64,000 bases of DNA, taken from IMG/VR virus record IMGVR_UViG_3300017917_003822, positions 186,001-250,000 of that record. One strand, written 5' to 3'. Positions within the stretch are counted from its first letter, which is position 1, and each line of letters opens with the position of its first letter. Below, piece by piece: positions 46,393-56,347 of the stretch. The translations under genes were made by a program, and so were the position numbers. The notes under the pieces were generated by a model. It was not told the DNA's origin, made no database searches, and was given only the letters and a program-made list of their open reading frames with translations.

Positions 46393-46914
46393 ATGAAAAC
46401 AATAGAGATAGAGGATTCGGTATACGAAAAGCTAATTGAGCTTGCAACCGAGATGACGACTCAAGATCCTAGATGTACGAGGATGCCTCACATGTTCCAG
46501 ATCAGAGACTGGGAAAGAGATTATGATTGGAACCTAAATGGTGATACTAAGTGCTGGATCGATCGAGATGACGACTTTACTGTTATTGAGACGCTCGAAG
46601 AGTTCAAAGATCATCTGGCGTACTTGGGAATTGATGCACCTGAAAATATTAATGAGCTTTGGGAGGACGATTGGGATTTAAAGGATTGGATCTCCGATAA
46701 CTGCGATCGATTAGAAGAATGCTCGTATTCAATGAGAGCAATCTATAAGAACTGCTTCTTAACCGCAAAGGCTGCTGAAGAACATTTAAAGTCGAATTAT
46801 TATCACTATCATCCAAACGCGGATGTTTATTTAAATCATGCTTGGAGAAATCCGGAGGCAGATCTTGTATCGGAGTTTCTGTGCAGTTTGGTAGGAAAAT
46901 CACTACATACATAG
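46393..46914 (+). CDS. hypothetical phage protein
   Basis: TQDPRCT..P...FLT.KAA..H...N.YHY. Confidence 0.7.
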   Translation: MKTIEIEDSVYEKLIELATEMTTQDPRCTRMPHMFQIRDWERDYDWNLNGDTKCWIDRDDDFTVIETLEEFKDHLAYLGIDAPENINELWEDDWDLKDWISDNCDRLEECSYSMRAIYKNCFLTAKAAEEHLKSNYYHYHPNADVYLNHAWRNPEADLVSEFLCSLVGKSLHT

Positions 46915-46993
46915 AACTTTTTCGGAGTACTGATCTATAATAACAATTAACCAGCATCCAACCCAACGGAAGGTTGCACAATACCATATAATT

Positions 46994-47767
46994 ATGAAAG
47001 ACGCACTAGGCGACAGAATGAAAGAGTTCTATGAGGATAGAACTAGAATCAAACTCCCAAGGAGAACCTACACAATTATCCGCATCGACGGAAAAGCATT
47101 TCACACTTACACAAAAGGATTAGAAAGACCGTTTGACGAAGGTCTAATTGAAGACATGAACGGCACGACTGCATACCTGTGCAAGAATATACAGGGTGCT
47201 AAATTCGGTTACGTCCAATCCGATGAGATCTCACTAGTATTAACAGATTTTGATGATCTAAGTACACACGCATGGTTTGATAACAATCTTCAAAAGATGG
47301 CTTCTGTTGCAGCATCGATGGCCACATCTGAATTTAATCGATTGAGATTGATGAGAGATTCAAAGAACGGAGCACTTGATATTCGAGAGCTAAACCTTTT
47401 TAAAATGGCACAGTTTGATGCTAGAGTGTTTCAAATTCCATTTATCGATGAAGTTGAAAACTACTTCATCTGGAGACAACAGGATGCAGTAAGGAATAGT
47501 ATATCATCAGTTGCACAAAGCCTATACAGTCCAAAGCAACTACACGGGGTTAAGACTGATCAGATGCAGGAGATGATCTTTCAAAAAGGAATTAATTGGA
47601 ACGACTATGATTTCCGTCTGAAAAGAGGTGCAGTTATCGGGAAGGTCCCAGTTGAGCTAACCAGCGGGGACGTAACTTACACAAGGAATAGATGGATGGT
47701 AATAGACACTCCAACATTTACTCAGGATAGAGAATTCATTAAAAATCTTTTAAAAATAGAAAAATGA
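46994..47767 (+). CDS. thg1: tRNA(His) guanylyltransferase Thg1 / TLP
   Basis: LGDRMK.YE, IRIDGKAFH, YVQSDEIS, FDARVF, YFIWRQQDA.RNS. Confidence 0.92.
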   Translation: MKDALGDRMKEFYEDRTRIKLPRRTYTIIRIDGKAFHTYTKGLERPFDEGLIEDMNGTTAYLCKNIQGAKFGYVQSDEISLVLTDFDDLSTHAWFDNNLQKMASVAASMATSEFNRLRLMRDSKNGALDIRELNLFKMAQFDARVFQIPFIDEVENYFIWRQQDAVRNSISSVAQSLYSPKQLHGVKTDQMQEMIFQKGINWNDYDFRLKRGAVIGKVPVELTSGDVTYTRNRWMVIDTPTFTQDREFIKNLLKIEK

Positions 47768-48156
47768 AAAGTAAATTTTACTTTCAAGCAGGAAAGGTCC
47801 ATTCAATTACATTAACTCCAGAAAGGGAATCCGGTTACGAATGGTTTGAAGCAATTCCAGAACAATCCAAAAAGTTCCTAGGATTTACAATCGGTACCAT
47901 ACCATCAGTTCCAGCTGGATGGTCTGATTATGAAGATGGCAGATTACGAAAAGAATCATCATATTTCGAACAGTACTCCTGGTATCGTGTTGACGAGGTA
48001 AATAAAAAAGTCTTTAATAAAGCAAACATTAGCATTCGCTTTAATTATAAGGAGAGTTATGGAATGAATTTTAATTCTAATGAGGAGGCTCAACAGTGGA
48101 TTGACGATTTAATCAAAGAAACCGGATTGGAATTTTCAGTAATCGTTAACAAATAA
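47764..48156 (+). CDS. hypothetical protein
   Basis: ATGA overlap. Confidence 0.7.
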   Translation: MKSKFYFQAGKVHSITLTPERESGYEWFEAIPEQSKKFLGFTIGTIPSVPAGWSDYEDGRLRKESSYFEQYSWYRVDEVNKKVFNKANISIRFNYKESYGMNFNSNEEAQQWIDDLIKETGLEFSVIVNK

Positions 48157-48162
48157 GCATAA

Positions 48163-48194
48163 TTTTTTTATGCCGAGGATATTTTATATCTTTG
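48163..48194 (+). promoter_or_regulatory. T-tract/CG-N11/TAnnTTTG promoter
   Basis: CG 48174-75, TATCTTTG 48187-94. Confidence 0.7.
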
Positions 48195-48211
48195 TTAAAA
48201 AATAAAAAATA

Positions 48212-48970
48212 ATGGAAGAAAATGTTTTCGATAGGGGTTTACCTAAATGGCCAGCTCTAGTAGTAAAAGGGAAACCCGTTACGAAAGATCAGGCTAAGGA
48301 GATCATAGTTCGAACCTCTGGATTTTATTTTGGATGTAACGACAGGGAGTGGGAATCAATTATAAACGAGCTCATCTTCGGAATTCGAGCAACTAGTAAC
48401 GAATTCGATAAGTTGCTGAAAGAAAAACATGGAATAGACGAAAAGGATTTCAATAAATTCTGGGAAGTCAAGGAGAGTTATTACGAAAAATATAGCCCTG
48501 TAGAGAATCTTGACTATCTAACAAATAGTAGGATTTCGTCAGCCTGGATTGGTGGACCACATGGATGGTGCTCGTGGAACGGTAAGATTGGTTGTTCTAA
48601 TTACAACATCGGAAAATACCCATCAGTTACGGATGTCTATAACGAATGGGTAGAAATAGCCAAAGCATTTCCATTTCTAGATCTTAAATGTCAACTTATG
48701 AATGGAGAGGCTGGAGAGGACGAAGTTCCAGTTCCAGTTGTTGAATTCGAAGTTAAAGATGGGGAGGTTAAGGCATACGCTCCGAAAGAAATTCTAGATT
48801 ACCCTTGCTTCGGATCTGATGATATTGCACTTAGATTTTCAAATCCGTATGCGGAGAGAGGCTGTGACAGAGAAACCCTTAAAGATGCGCTTGAATACGT
48901 TTCAGCGGAATTTGTAACAAGAGAAAAAATCAAGAAAAATGAATTTTGGGTGGATTTACCCGAAATCTAA
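48212..48970 (+). CDS. hypothetical protein (GGPHGW family)
   Basis: 252 aa ORF. Confidence 0.75.
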   Translation: MEENVFDRGLPKWPALVVKGKPVTKDQAKEIIVRTSGFYFGCNDREWESIINELIFGIRATSNEFDKLLKEKHGIDEKDFNKFWEVKESYYEKYSPVENLDYLTNSRISSAWIGGPHGWCSWNGKIGCSNYNIGKYPSVTDVYNEWVEIAKAFPFLDLKCQLMNGEAGEDEVPVPVVEFEVKDGEVKAYAPKEILDYPCFGSDDIALRFSNPYAERGCDRETLKDALEYVSAEFVTREKIKKNEFWVDLPEI

Positions 48971-48990
48971 TTAACTAAATTATAGAAAAA

Positions 48991-49533
48991 ATGAAATTAA
49001 ATTTAAATTCAACATCAGCAAGATTATATCGATGGGTATTTGCAACTAGTAGAATGCCAGATTCTCTTTGTCCATATTTTTGGAAACTCGTACTTATGTG
49101 GATCGTCTTGATTCCATACACGATACTTTCCTTGCCGTATATGACGATTCAAAAATTGTCAGAAGGCGATTTTTTCGAAAGAGGAAGTTCTTTCGGTGAA
49201 AAGCCTGGTTCAGGTTTGGTGATTTGGGGAGCTATTTATTTAGCTGGAGTTATGCTCTTCTCAATCTCAGTTTTTTGGGTCGATTTTCCAAAAGAATCGT
49301 TCGCTGAACACATGCAGATTTTAGGAATTTTCCTGTGGATCATCACATTAGGTGTTGGCGGATGGAACGGTACTAAATGGTTGATTGAGAAGTATAAGGA
49401 CTCTAAAATAAAGTACGATGAAAATGGTTACCGAATCTGGGAACCGGTTAAGGAAAAATCTGACTCAATCATAGTATCATTCGTTAAATCGACGTACCAT
49501 AAGTACTGTCCTAAAATTGAATGGTTTAAATAA
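48991..49533 (+). CDS. membrane protein
   Basis: SLCPYFW plus three hydrophobic segments. Confidence 0.7.
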   Translation: MKLNLNSTSARLYRWVFATSRMPDSLCPYFWKLVLMWIVLIPYTILSLPYMTIQKLSEGDFFERGSSFGEKPGSGLVIWGAIYLAGVMLFSISVFWVDFPKESFAEHMQILGIFLWIITLGVGGWNGTKWLIEKYKDSKIKYDENGYRIWEPVKEKSDSIIVSFVKSTYHKYCPKIEWFK

Positions 49534-49541
49534 TAGAAATC

Positions 49542-49979
49542 GTGGAAGAGAAAGATTTAAGGAGTTTGTCTCAGAGAATGAAGGATTGGTTTGATAGTCC
49601 GGAGGGAAGGAAGTCAGCCGAGGACTACTTCGAAAAGCTTAAAAAGAAAGAAGAGGTTTTAGAAAAAAGATGCGAGAGATTAAAAACTCATTTTAGTGAC
49701 AATCAATCTTTCGATTCTCTAATGTCAAGGATCTTAGAGAAACAAGAAAAATACGACAAGAGACACTATTACACGTATACCGAGAGGCCTCTGCATGTAA
49801 CCGATCTGGTCTGGGAATTGGCTTCAAGCGAGGGAACCCCAATCGAACCAGTTGATGGTTTAACGGAAAACTTTCCCTCCTCTATCTATGAATATTTTGG
49901 ATATCAATTTGCTATCACACACGGACAAGGTTCGGTGTTAAGCATCTACAAAAACAAGGAATGCTTGTATAGAAGTTAA
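49542..49979 (+). CDS. hypothetical protein (HGQG)
   Basis: GTG start, 145 aa. Confidence 0.7.
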   Translation: MEEKDLRSLSQRMKDWFDSPEGRKSAEDYFEKLKKKEEVLEKRCERLKTHFSDNQSFDSLMSRILEKQEKYDKRHYYTYTERPLHVTDLVWELASSEGTPIEPVDGLTENFPSSIYEYFGYQFAITHGQGSVLSIYKNKECLYRS

Positions 49980-49989
49980 TCTGGTAATT

Positions 49990-50367
49990 ATGAGAATAAG
50001 AATCAATAACATAGAGTGCAGAAAGTACACATCAACAAAAACTGATGATGTTCATTATGAGATCATAAAATGGGAACCTAATGAATACTTCGGTCAGGAG
50101 GAGAAACTGAGAAAAGAGGGTTATGAGGATAGCTTTGGTGGCGATTTTCTAGTGAAGAATGGACATAATATACAAAAAACATTTTTCTCTAGTCCTGAAT
50201 ATTGCTTTACTATAGCATCATTATATCTCAATAGAAGAGAACCTTGCGTGTATTTAGAAAGCGTAGCTTCAAGACTTCTTGACTTGAACGAAGACGAGAT
50301 CAAAGATTTTTTTGAGGTCTACAGATCAGCTGTTCCTAGGATAGAGAAAAAACATTTTAGAGATTAG
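49990..50367 (+). CDS. hypothetical protein
   Basis: 125 aa ORF. Confidence 0.7.
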   Translation: MRIRINNIECRKYTSTKTDDVHYEIIKWEPNEYFGQEEKLRKEGYEDSFGGDFLVKNGHNIQKTFFSSPEYCFTIASLYLNRREPCVYLESVASRLLDLNEDEIKDFFEVYRSAVPRIEKKHFRD

Positions 50368-50370
50368 AAC

Positions 50371-50523
50371 ATGGACAGAGAAACTGAAAAAATCTGGATT
50401 GGAATTCTCATCTTTCTTTTCGGATTTGCTGCAGGATATTTGCTTGCAAGTTCTATTCTAGATAAGAGGGAAGTTACTGAGGAGGATATGATAGAATTAA
50501 ATAAAACACAATACTACGAATAA
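50371..50523 (+). CDS. small membrane protein (not in ORF track)
   Basis: MDRETEKIWIGILIFLFGFAAGYLL... 50 aa. Confidence 0.55.
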   Translation: MDRETEKIWIGILIFLFGFAAGYLLASSILDKREVTEEDMIELNKTQYYE

Positions 50524-50524
50524 T

Positions 50525-50857
50525 ATGAAAACAAAAATTGTTATTTTGATTGGGCTTCTACTTGCTCTTATCATTGCGTGCGAGGAAGCTGGGATCACCA
50601 GAACTAAAATACAGGGCACGGAGGGAAACCTACCTCCAGAATTGAAGGGATTAAAGATCTATGACGTTTCTACCGGAGGTGGATCTTATGTTAAGGTTGG
50701 TATTTTAAACGGAGAGGTCAATGGACTAACATACCCGAAGGGAAAACTTCAGGAATCTTTAATAATGGTCCAGAACGGTAAAAATAGAGTAATAGAAATT
50801 GAATCAATCATTTCGGAAAATGATTCCATCATCGTTGTTAAAAAATCAACCAAGTAA
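50525..50857 (+). CDS. putative lipoprotein
   Basis: MKTKIVILIGLLLALIIAC. Confidence 0.65.
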   Translation: MKTKIVILIGLLLALIIACEEAGITRTKIQGTEGNLPPELKGLKIYDVSTGGGSYVKVGILNGEVNGLTYPKGKLQESLIMVQNGKNRVIEIESIISENDSIIVVKKSTK

Positions 50858-51066
50858 TGGTATCTGCTGATTTTAAAAGAATGATGTCCGAGAGTGACGG
50901 TAGTCAAAGATCAAAAGAATATATCGAACAACTTGCAAGACAACACGGCTACATTCTTGAATGGGATAAAGGGATTGCTTATGCCGAGACCAGATGTGGC
51001 TGGAGGGAAGAGATGCAAAGAGATAGGGAAGCAGTAAGAAGAGCCAAAGCTAGAGGTTGCTTTTAA
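50857..51066 (+). CDS. hypothetical protein
   Basis: TAATG overlap. Confidence 0.6.
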   Translation: MVSADFKRMMSESDGSQRSKEYIEQLARQHGYILEWDKGIAYAETRCGWREEMQRDREAVRRAKARGCF

Positions 51067-51078
51067 AAATATAATATT

Positions 51079-51279
51079 ATGAACGAAAAAGACGAAAAAA
51101 TGAATGATGATTTATGGTGTCACTACAGCAATCTTCCCTCGCCGATGGCTTACGCCGAATGTGCAGATTATGACAGCATGGGAAATCACGGGAGATTTCC
51201 GGAAACAAAGAAAAAGAATCCTAAATCAATTCTTAAAAGGATGAAGAAGCTAAAATTAATCTCAACAATACTTCATTAA
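51079..51279 (+). CDS. hypothetical protein (WCHYS.LPSP)
   Basis: 66 aa ORF. Confidence 0.6.
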   Translation: MNEKDEKMNDDLWCHYSNLPSPMAYAECADYDSMGNHGRFPETKKKNPKSILKRMKKLKLISTILH

Positions 51280-51296
51280 TTATCAAGACTAGAAAA

Positions 51297-51782
51297 ATGA
51301 ATAAAGAAAATCAACCATGGCTAAGAGCCAGCATTAAAATAACAAAACCAATAGTTCTAATTGATATGGACGGGGTTATTTGTGATTTTGATAAGAGAGC
51401 TAAAGAACTGGAGGCACAAGGTATTAAAGGTCACAGTCTTTTCAAACATCCGAGTGCATACAGAGCTTTAGAACCCATAGAAGGAGCGGTTGATGCATGG
51501 CACGATTTACAGGATAAGTACGAGACCTATATTTTAAGTACTCCACCTTGGAGTAATCCTGATGCTTGGTCAGAAAAAAGAATCTGGGTTCAGCAGTATC
51601 TAGGTGACAGTGCTAAGAAAAAACTGATCCTATGTCACAACAAAGGTCTAGTTATCGGTGATTATCTTATCGATGATCGAATTGCCAACGGTGTAGCTGA
51701 TTTCAAGGGGGAACACATTCACTTTGGAACAGATAAGTTTCCTGGATGGGAAAGTGTACTTGAGTATCTTAAATCTAAATAA
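51297..51782 (+). CDS. 5'(3')-deoxyribonucleotidase (HAD, NT5C-like)
   Basis: IDMDGVICDF, LSTPP, EKR.W, GDYLIDD. Confidence 0.85.
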   Translation: MNKENQPWLRASIKITKPIVLIDMDGVICDFDKRAKELEAQGIKGHSLFKHPSAYRALEPIEGAVDAWHDLQDKYETYILSTPPWSNPDAWSEKRIWVQQYLGDSAKKKLILCHNKGLVIGDYLIDDRIANGVADFKGEHIHFGTDKFPGWESVLEYLKSK

Positions 51783-51799
51783 TATGAATTTTGATATAG

Positions 51800-52033
51800 A
51801 TGAGAGGTGGCTTTAAATCTCTAAGAGATCAGTATTATGACATTATATTAGGAAAGGTCATGATACCCAAGGAAGATCTCAATGAGGTAGAAATGGAAAT
51901 AATCGATGCTGGTTTCGAACTGATGAAGGAAAAACTTGAGGATATAAAAATTCTCAATGATGAGATAAAGAGACTATCGATAGAGAACGCAAATCTAAAA
52001 GCATATAACGACGATAAAGAATACGGTGAATAA
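51800..52033 (+). CDS. hypothetical coiled-coil protein
   Basis: 77 aa ORF. Confidence 0.6.
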   Translation: MRGGFKSLRDQYYDIILGKVMIPKEDLNEVEMEIIDAGFELMKEKLEDIKILNDEIKRLSIENANLKAYNDDKEYGE

Positions 52034-52065
52034 TTTTTATTCACCGTATTCTTTTATTAATCTTG
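52034..52065 (+). promoter_or_regulatory. T-tract/CG-N11 promoter variant
   Basis: CG 52045-46, TAATCTTG 52058-65. Confidence 0.65.
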
Positions 52066-52081
52066 CTAAAAAATAAAAAGG

Positions 52082-52825
52082 ATGTTTAAATTTTACGAAG
52101 TAGGTGGAAAAGTTAGAGATGAGATTTTAGGTCTAGAATCTAAGGACGTTGATTATGTTGCAGTTCCGAACGATGGGCTATTGGAAAAGAATCATGACGC
52201 TTATGAGATGTTTGTCATTCTCGAAACCTATCTGCACAATCAGAATTTTGAAATTTTTCTAACAACACCAGAATGCTTTACGATCAGAGCAAAATTCCCG
52301 AAGGATCATAAATATCAAGGGGTTGCTGATTTCGTGATGGCAAGGAAAGAGGTTGGATACATTCAGGGTACAAGAACTCCGATCATTAAACCTGGAACAC
52401 TATATGATGATCTTGAAAGAAGAGACTTTACTCTTAATGCACTAGCAAGAGATGAAGACGGTCAAATTATTGATTATTTCAATGGTTTAAACGATCTAAA
52501 TGAGAAAAAGCTTGTAACCCCTCTGGAAGCAAAAACAACGATGCTAGACGATCCCTTAAGGCTTCTAAGAGCTTTCAGATTTTCAATCACCAAGGGATTT
52601 GAGATATCACCGGACATTATGAATACCTGCACGAGCAACGAGGTTATAGATAAGTTGGAGACTGTTGTTTCTCAGGAAAGAATCCGGGAGGAGATTTTTA
52701 AAATGACGAAGCATGACACATTAGGTACGTTGGAACTATTCGAGAGAATAAGAGTTCTAAACCCAAGAATTTTGAAAATTATATTCAGTAACGGTATGTG
52801 GCTAAAACCAACAAACGAGAAATAA
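52082..52825 (+). CDS. tRNA nucleotidyltransferase (CCA-adding)/poly(A) polymerase family, short form
   Basis: VGG.VRD...G..SKDVD, DLERRDFTLNALA, DDPLRLLRA.RF, SQERI.EE. Confidence 0.9.
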   Translation: MFKFYEVGGKVRDEILGLESKDVDYVAVPNDGLLEKNHDAYEMFVILETYLHNQNFEIFLTTPECFTIRAKFPKDHKYQGVADFVMARKEVGYIQGTRTPIIKPGTLYDDLERRDFTLNALARDEDGQIIDYFNGLNDLNEKKLVTPLEAKTTMLDDPLRLLRAFRFSITKGFEISPDIMNTCTSNEVIDKLETVVSQERIREEIFKMTKHDTLGTLELFERIRVLNPRILKIIFSNGMWLKPTNEK

Positions 52826-52827
52826 TT

Positions 52828-53049
52828 ATGGACAAGAAAAACGAGTTTAAAAACGTAATCCCAGGCAAAATCTATAGACACTATAAGGGAGGTCTGTATG
52901 AGGTTTTACATTTAGCAACGCACACTGATGACGATTCGATAATGGTCATCTATCGCTCAGTTCACTTCGGAACATATTATGCTAGACCATTGTCTGATTG
53001 GAACACACCAGTAAACAACAACCCAAGATTTTATGAATACAACGGATAG
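52828..53049 (+). CDS. DUF1653 family protein
   Basis: GKIYRHYKGGLYEV...A.HT...YARP. Confidence 0.8.
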   Translation: MDKKNEFKNVIPGKIYRHYKGGLYEVLHLATHTDDDSIMVIYRSVHFGTYYARPLSDWNTPVNNNPRFYEYNG

Positions 53050-53344
53050 GAACAAATTTTTAGAAATGGATGGACTTTATTGGGAATCTGAGACCCATGA
53101 ATGGTTCAATGACAAGATATCTACGGATTATGCCAGAAAAAAATCCGTTCTATGGGGAAGCGGAGAACAGAACGATGCACTGGACGTAGTTTGCTTTGTG
53201 GTTAGAAACAAAGAGACCGGAGAGTATGATCGGGTTATGGTTGACGCTAAAACTAGTCAGCCAATCTACGATACAAAATCACTGGAGGATCTTTCATACA
53301 AGATAGATCAAATGAAAGTAACAAAAAGATTCAACAATGCCTGA
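53033..53344 (+). CDS. hypothetical protein
   Basis: Overlapping operon gene. Confidence 0.7.
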   Translation: MNTTDRNKFLEMDGLYWESETHEWFNDKISTDYARKKSVLWGSGEQNDALDVVCFVVRNKETGEYDRVMVDAKTSQPIYDTKSLEDLSYKIDQMKVTKRFNNA

Positions 53345-54074
53345 ATTTAAACTACTTTGTCCCGTCTGTAGATCTGAACTGGAGATTACACACACCGGTC
53401 GATATCAGGATATGTGCGAGCATGTATCAAATCCAAATTCCGAACCTAGCCTGAAGGATGGCTACCAATGCACAAACGTTGATTGGTGCGAAGCTGCACT
53501 GATGAATTTCACTTGGATAGCTGACGGTGATGTTTTTCTATCTGATCCTCCACCAGGAGTAACAAGAAGTGGTGCGTTTGATAAACTAGAGAAGTTAAGC
53601 ACCAGTGGCATGACATATGCGATAAACTCATGGAATCATTTTTACCGTAGAGGCAAAGCTGAAATAGCTAAACGTTCTAGAAAAATTCATATCGGGAAAT
53701 ATACACTCAAGATCGAACCTAAAGAACTTGGATATAAGTACCCAACGTATAAACAATATATGCCAAGTACATTCAGCTGGAGATATGAGATATGGAAAAA
53801 AAATGAAAATCACACTTCAACACATATTATACCAATCCATGAAATGGTCCTTTATACAGTCGGTAGCTTTAAAAGAACCTATGGATTAATTCAGAGGGGA
53901 AGTGAACACAAGTCTAATGTAAGAGAATGTATGGAATATATGACAGGGAGAAGGTATGGTCAGGATGACGATAGACTCTATGTCAGAATTTCGGCATTTC
54001 TGATTAAATTTTTATATCCGCTAAAATGCAGAAAGATACGAAGATTAACTAAAGAATTGAATATAACATGGTGA
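53337..54074 (+). CDS. hypothetical protein with N-terminal Zn ribbon
   Basis: CPVC...EHV.NPN...C....C. Confidence 0.7.
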   Translation: MPEFKLLCPVCRSELEITHTGRYQDMCEHVSNPNSEPSLKDGYQCTNVDWCEAALMNFTWIADGDVFLSDPPPGVTRSGAFDKLEKLSTSGMTYAINSWNHFYRRGKAEIAKRSRKIHIGKYTLKIEPKELGYKYPTYKQYMPSTFSWRYEIWKKNENHTSTHIIPIHEMVLYTVGSFKRTYGLIQRGSEHKSNVRECMEYMTGRRYGQDDDRLYVRISAFLIKFLYPLKCRKIRRLTKELNITW

Positions 54075-54415
54075 GAATGAGCAGACAAAGTGGGAGGACA
54101 TCAAAAATAGCTCTTTTTGCAGCTACCCAGCTATTCGAGGTTGGACAGGTGGTCGTTACAGATCACACCTCATTTGAATATAAGTCAGCTAGAAATGATA
54201 CTCAGATGTATCTTGTTGATAAGATCAAAAGAATATATCATGCCATTAATTCGAGGGACACTGATGAGTATGAAATTCATCATAACATAATCCCAGCTGG
54301 ACAGAGAGGGCGTAATGATTTTATGGTTGTTCATCTATGGGTGGAATTTAAAAAGAAGAGAAAAAATACTGAAGATGAGGAAGTTGAATGGATAAAACTA
54401 AAAGATTATGAATAA
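54068..54415 (+). CDS. hypothetical protein (RQSGRT, degenerate P-loop)
   Basis: 115 aa ORF. Confidence 0.65.
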   Translation: MVRMSRQSGRTSKIALFAATQLFEVGQVVVTDHTSFEYKSARNDTQMYLVDKIKRIYHAINSRDTDEYEIHHNIIPAGQRGRNDFMVVHLWVEFKKKRKNTEDEEVEWIKLKDYE

Positions 54416-54662
54416 AGCAAAATATGTAATAGTAGAAGGAAGTGCCATCGTTTTCTCTGCAGCTATCCAACATAAAGATATGGTTGGATTTAACCAAAAA
54501 TGCGAGGGTGCTGGGTTTGTAACTTTTTACACACAATTGGATACCTACGGTGATACCATTATCAAAGCCGATTGTTATGGTGAATCAATTTCACTTGGGA
54601 TTAAATCAAGAGGGGCTGAAGATAGCGCCATTGTAACCAGACAAATTTCAAACATCTTCTGA
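54408..54662 (+). CDS. hypothetical protein (GAGF...CYGES.SL family)
   Basis: 84 aa ORF. Confidence 0.7.
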   Translation: MNKAKYVIVEGSAIVFSAAIQHKDMVGFNQKCEGAGFVTFYTQLDTYGDTIIKADCYGESISLGIKSRGAEDSAIVTRQISNIF

Positions 54663-54666
54663 TAAC

Positions 54667-55086
54667 ATGTACAGAGAATATTCACTTCTTGAAATTGGTA
54701 AACCAAATTCTATTGGCAACATCTATGACAGAGAAGGTGTTGAAAAGATATTAGAGATATTTCACGATAAGGGCTCTCTATCGGGCGAATTTGTTGAAAC
54801 ACGTACGGGGGAAAGGGATTCGATTTTATCTAAAACTCATGACATACATCACATGTATGTCGAGGACGATTTCTTGGTGATAGTGGTGAAATTTATGGAC
54901 ACTAAAAACGGGAGGATAGCAGAGAGAGCGTTTAGTGAGGGTGAGGCCGTATTTAGACCAACGATCAGAGGAAAAATCAACTACGATACTCAAATAATCA
55001 AAGTGATTGATGTTATAAGCATAGATCTGATCTCAATAAACGATAGAATAACATCCCCCGATATATCATGGAAAAAATTAAAATAA
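54667..55086 (+). CDS. divergent prohead-protease (T4 gp21-like) paralogue
   Basis: N..G.IY.RE, GE, THDI, FMDTKNG.I, TIRG, DLI follow the gp21 motif order. Confidence 0.45.
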   Translation: MYREYSLLEIGKPNSIGNIYDREGVEKILEIFHDKGSLSGEFVETRTGERDSILSKTHDIHHMYVEDDFLVIVVKFMDTKNGRIAERAFSEGEAVFRPTIRGKINYDTQIIKVIDVISIDLISINDRITSPDISWKKLK

Positions 55087-55097
55087 CCTTCAAATAA

Positions 55098-55129
55098 TTT
55101 TTTATTACCGAATAACTTATCTACATTTG
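55098..55129 (+). promoter_or_regulatory. T-tract/CG-N11/TAnnTTTG promoter
   Basis: CG 55109-10, TACATTTG 55122-29. Confidence 0.7.
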
Positions 55130-55156
55130 TCAAACAATCTTAAAAAAAAAGAAGTC

Positions 55157-55573
55157 ATGGCGGTAATATCAATCAATTACGACGGAGGCGGTAAAGAATA
55201 TGACGATAACGATAACGTTATTGGGGAAATACCAATAGTATACGAATCAGTTGAACTGAGTATCTCAGGTTCAGACAGAATTATTTTTTCTAGTGGTAAT
55301 TTTATTAAAGATTGGTATGATGCTAAGAAGAAATATCTGGAGAATGATGAGGATCCAGTTTTTTGTCACTCGTCATCAGTCGATCATTTCTTCATGGACG
55401 GTGCAAAATACGACAGCGCATATCTACATGTTGTTGACGGGTCACCAGTTCTTAAGTATTTAGATCGAACCAAGGAAGATTGGTATCTAGATCCAATTGG
55501 TGAAGGATGGGAATTCTTTGTTAACGAGGGAGAAACCCCAACATTTGAAGAACTTAAAGAGTTTTGTAAATAA
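55157..55573 (+). CDS. hypothetical protein
   Basis: ATG after promoter. Confidence 0.7.
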   Translation: MAVISINYDGGGKEYDDNDNVIGEIPIVYESVELSISGSDRIIFSSGNFIKDWYDAKKKYLENDEDPVFCHSSSVDHFFMDGAKYDSAYLHVVDGSPVLKYLDRTKEDWYLDPIGEGWEFFVNEGETPTFEELKEFCK

Positions 55574-56193
55574 TGAAAGCCACTGTAAAATATGATGTTC
55601 TTTTCTACAATGGTGAAAGGGGAACGGTAAGAGAAACGTACGATTGTCCAGACTTTGAGGATATGGGTCCACAACAGGTAGTAATAAACGGAGAAAAAAT
55701 CTCGGACGAGTACAACAACACAATAGAGAACCAGATCGATGAATGGGTCTCGGATCTTGATAAGAGAGACTTAATGAATTCCAGAGACATTGCCATCATA
55801 TTTAATTGGGAGATTATATCGGCTAAAAAGGAGACAACCAAAAATTTAATCGTCAAAGAAAGAAAGCTTACCCAGTCTGAGTTGGTTGGTTTATTTGTTA
55901 AGATGTCTCCAATGTCAGACGAATTAAAAACTGAATTCGTTGCAGTTTACAAGGAACTAAAACCATCAATCAAGAATCTTAAGTTCGACAAGCAAATTGA
56001 TATAACATTCAAGGGATTAAATATTGGAATGAAAGCTGCGAGTCAGGCATATAAGTACATTAACGAATTTTCAAAGACCATGAGCGATATGAAAACTGAG
56101 GACTATAAATCTGTTTCATGGGGAGAAACGGTTTTTAATAAAAAGAAGATGTTGGAGGATGCTAAGGAAAAAACAACTAAGAAATTAGAATAG
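55573..56193 (+). CDS. hypothetical protein
   Basis: 206 aa ORF. Confidence 0.7.
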   Translation: MKATVKYDVLFYNGERGTVRETYDCPDFEDMGPQQVVINGEKISDEYNNTIENQIDEWVSDLDKRDLMNSRDIAIIFNWEIISAKKETTKNLIVKERKLTQSELVGLFVKMSPMSDELKTEFVAVYKELKPSIKNLKFDKQIDITFKGLNIGMKAASQAYKYINEFSKTMSDMKTEDYKSVSWGETVFNKKKMLEDAKEKTTKKLE

Positions 56194-56197
56194 ACAT

Positions 56198-56347
56198 ATG
56201 GAAACTATTTATATTATCTCAATTTTACTATTTTTTAATCTGTTGTTATTCTTAATTATCTACATGGACAAAAAGATCTCAGAACTACCAGACAACCACC
56301 GCTTTAAGAAATGGTGGGAGAGAAATATAATAGGTCCGGAGGAATAA
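56198..56347 (+). CDS. small membrane protein (not in ORF track)
   Basis: METIYIISILLFFNLLLFLIIY...FKKWWERNIIG 49 aa. Confidence 0.55.
   Translation: METIYIISILLFFNLLLFLIIYMDKKISELPDNHRFKKWWERNIIGPEE

Noticed and set aside
46915-46993. tRNA or structured RNA upstream of thg1
   Set aside because: Only a 5-bp hairpin (CAACC/GGTTG); no cloverleaf or T-loop.
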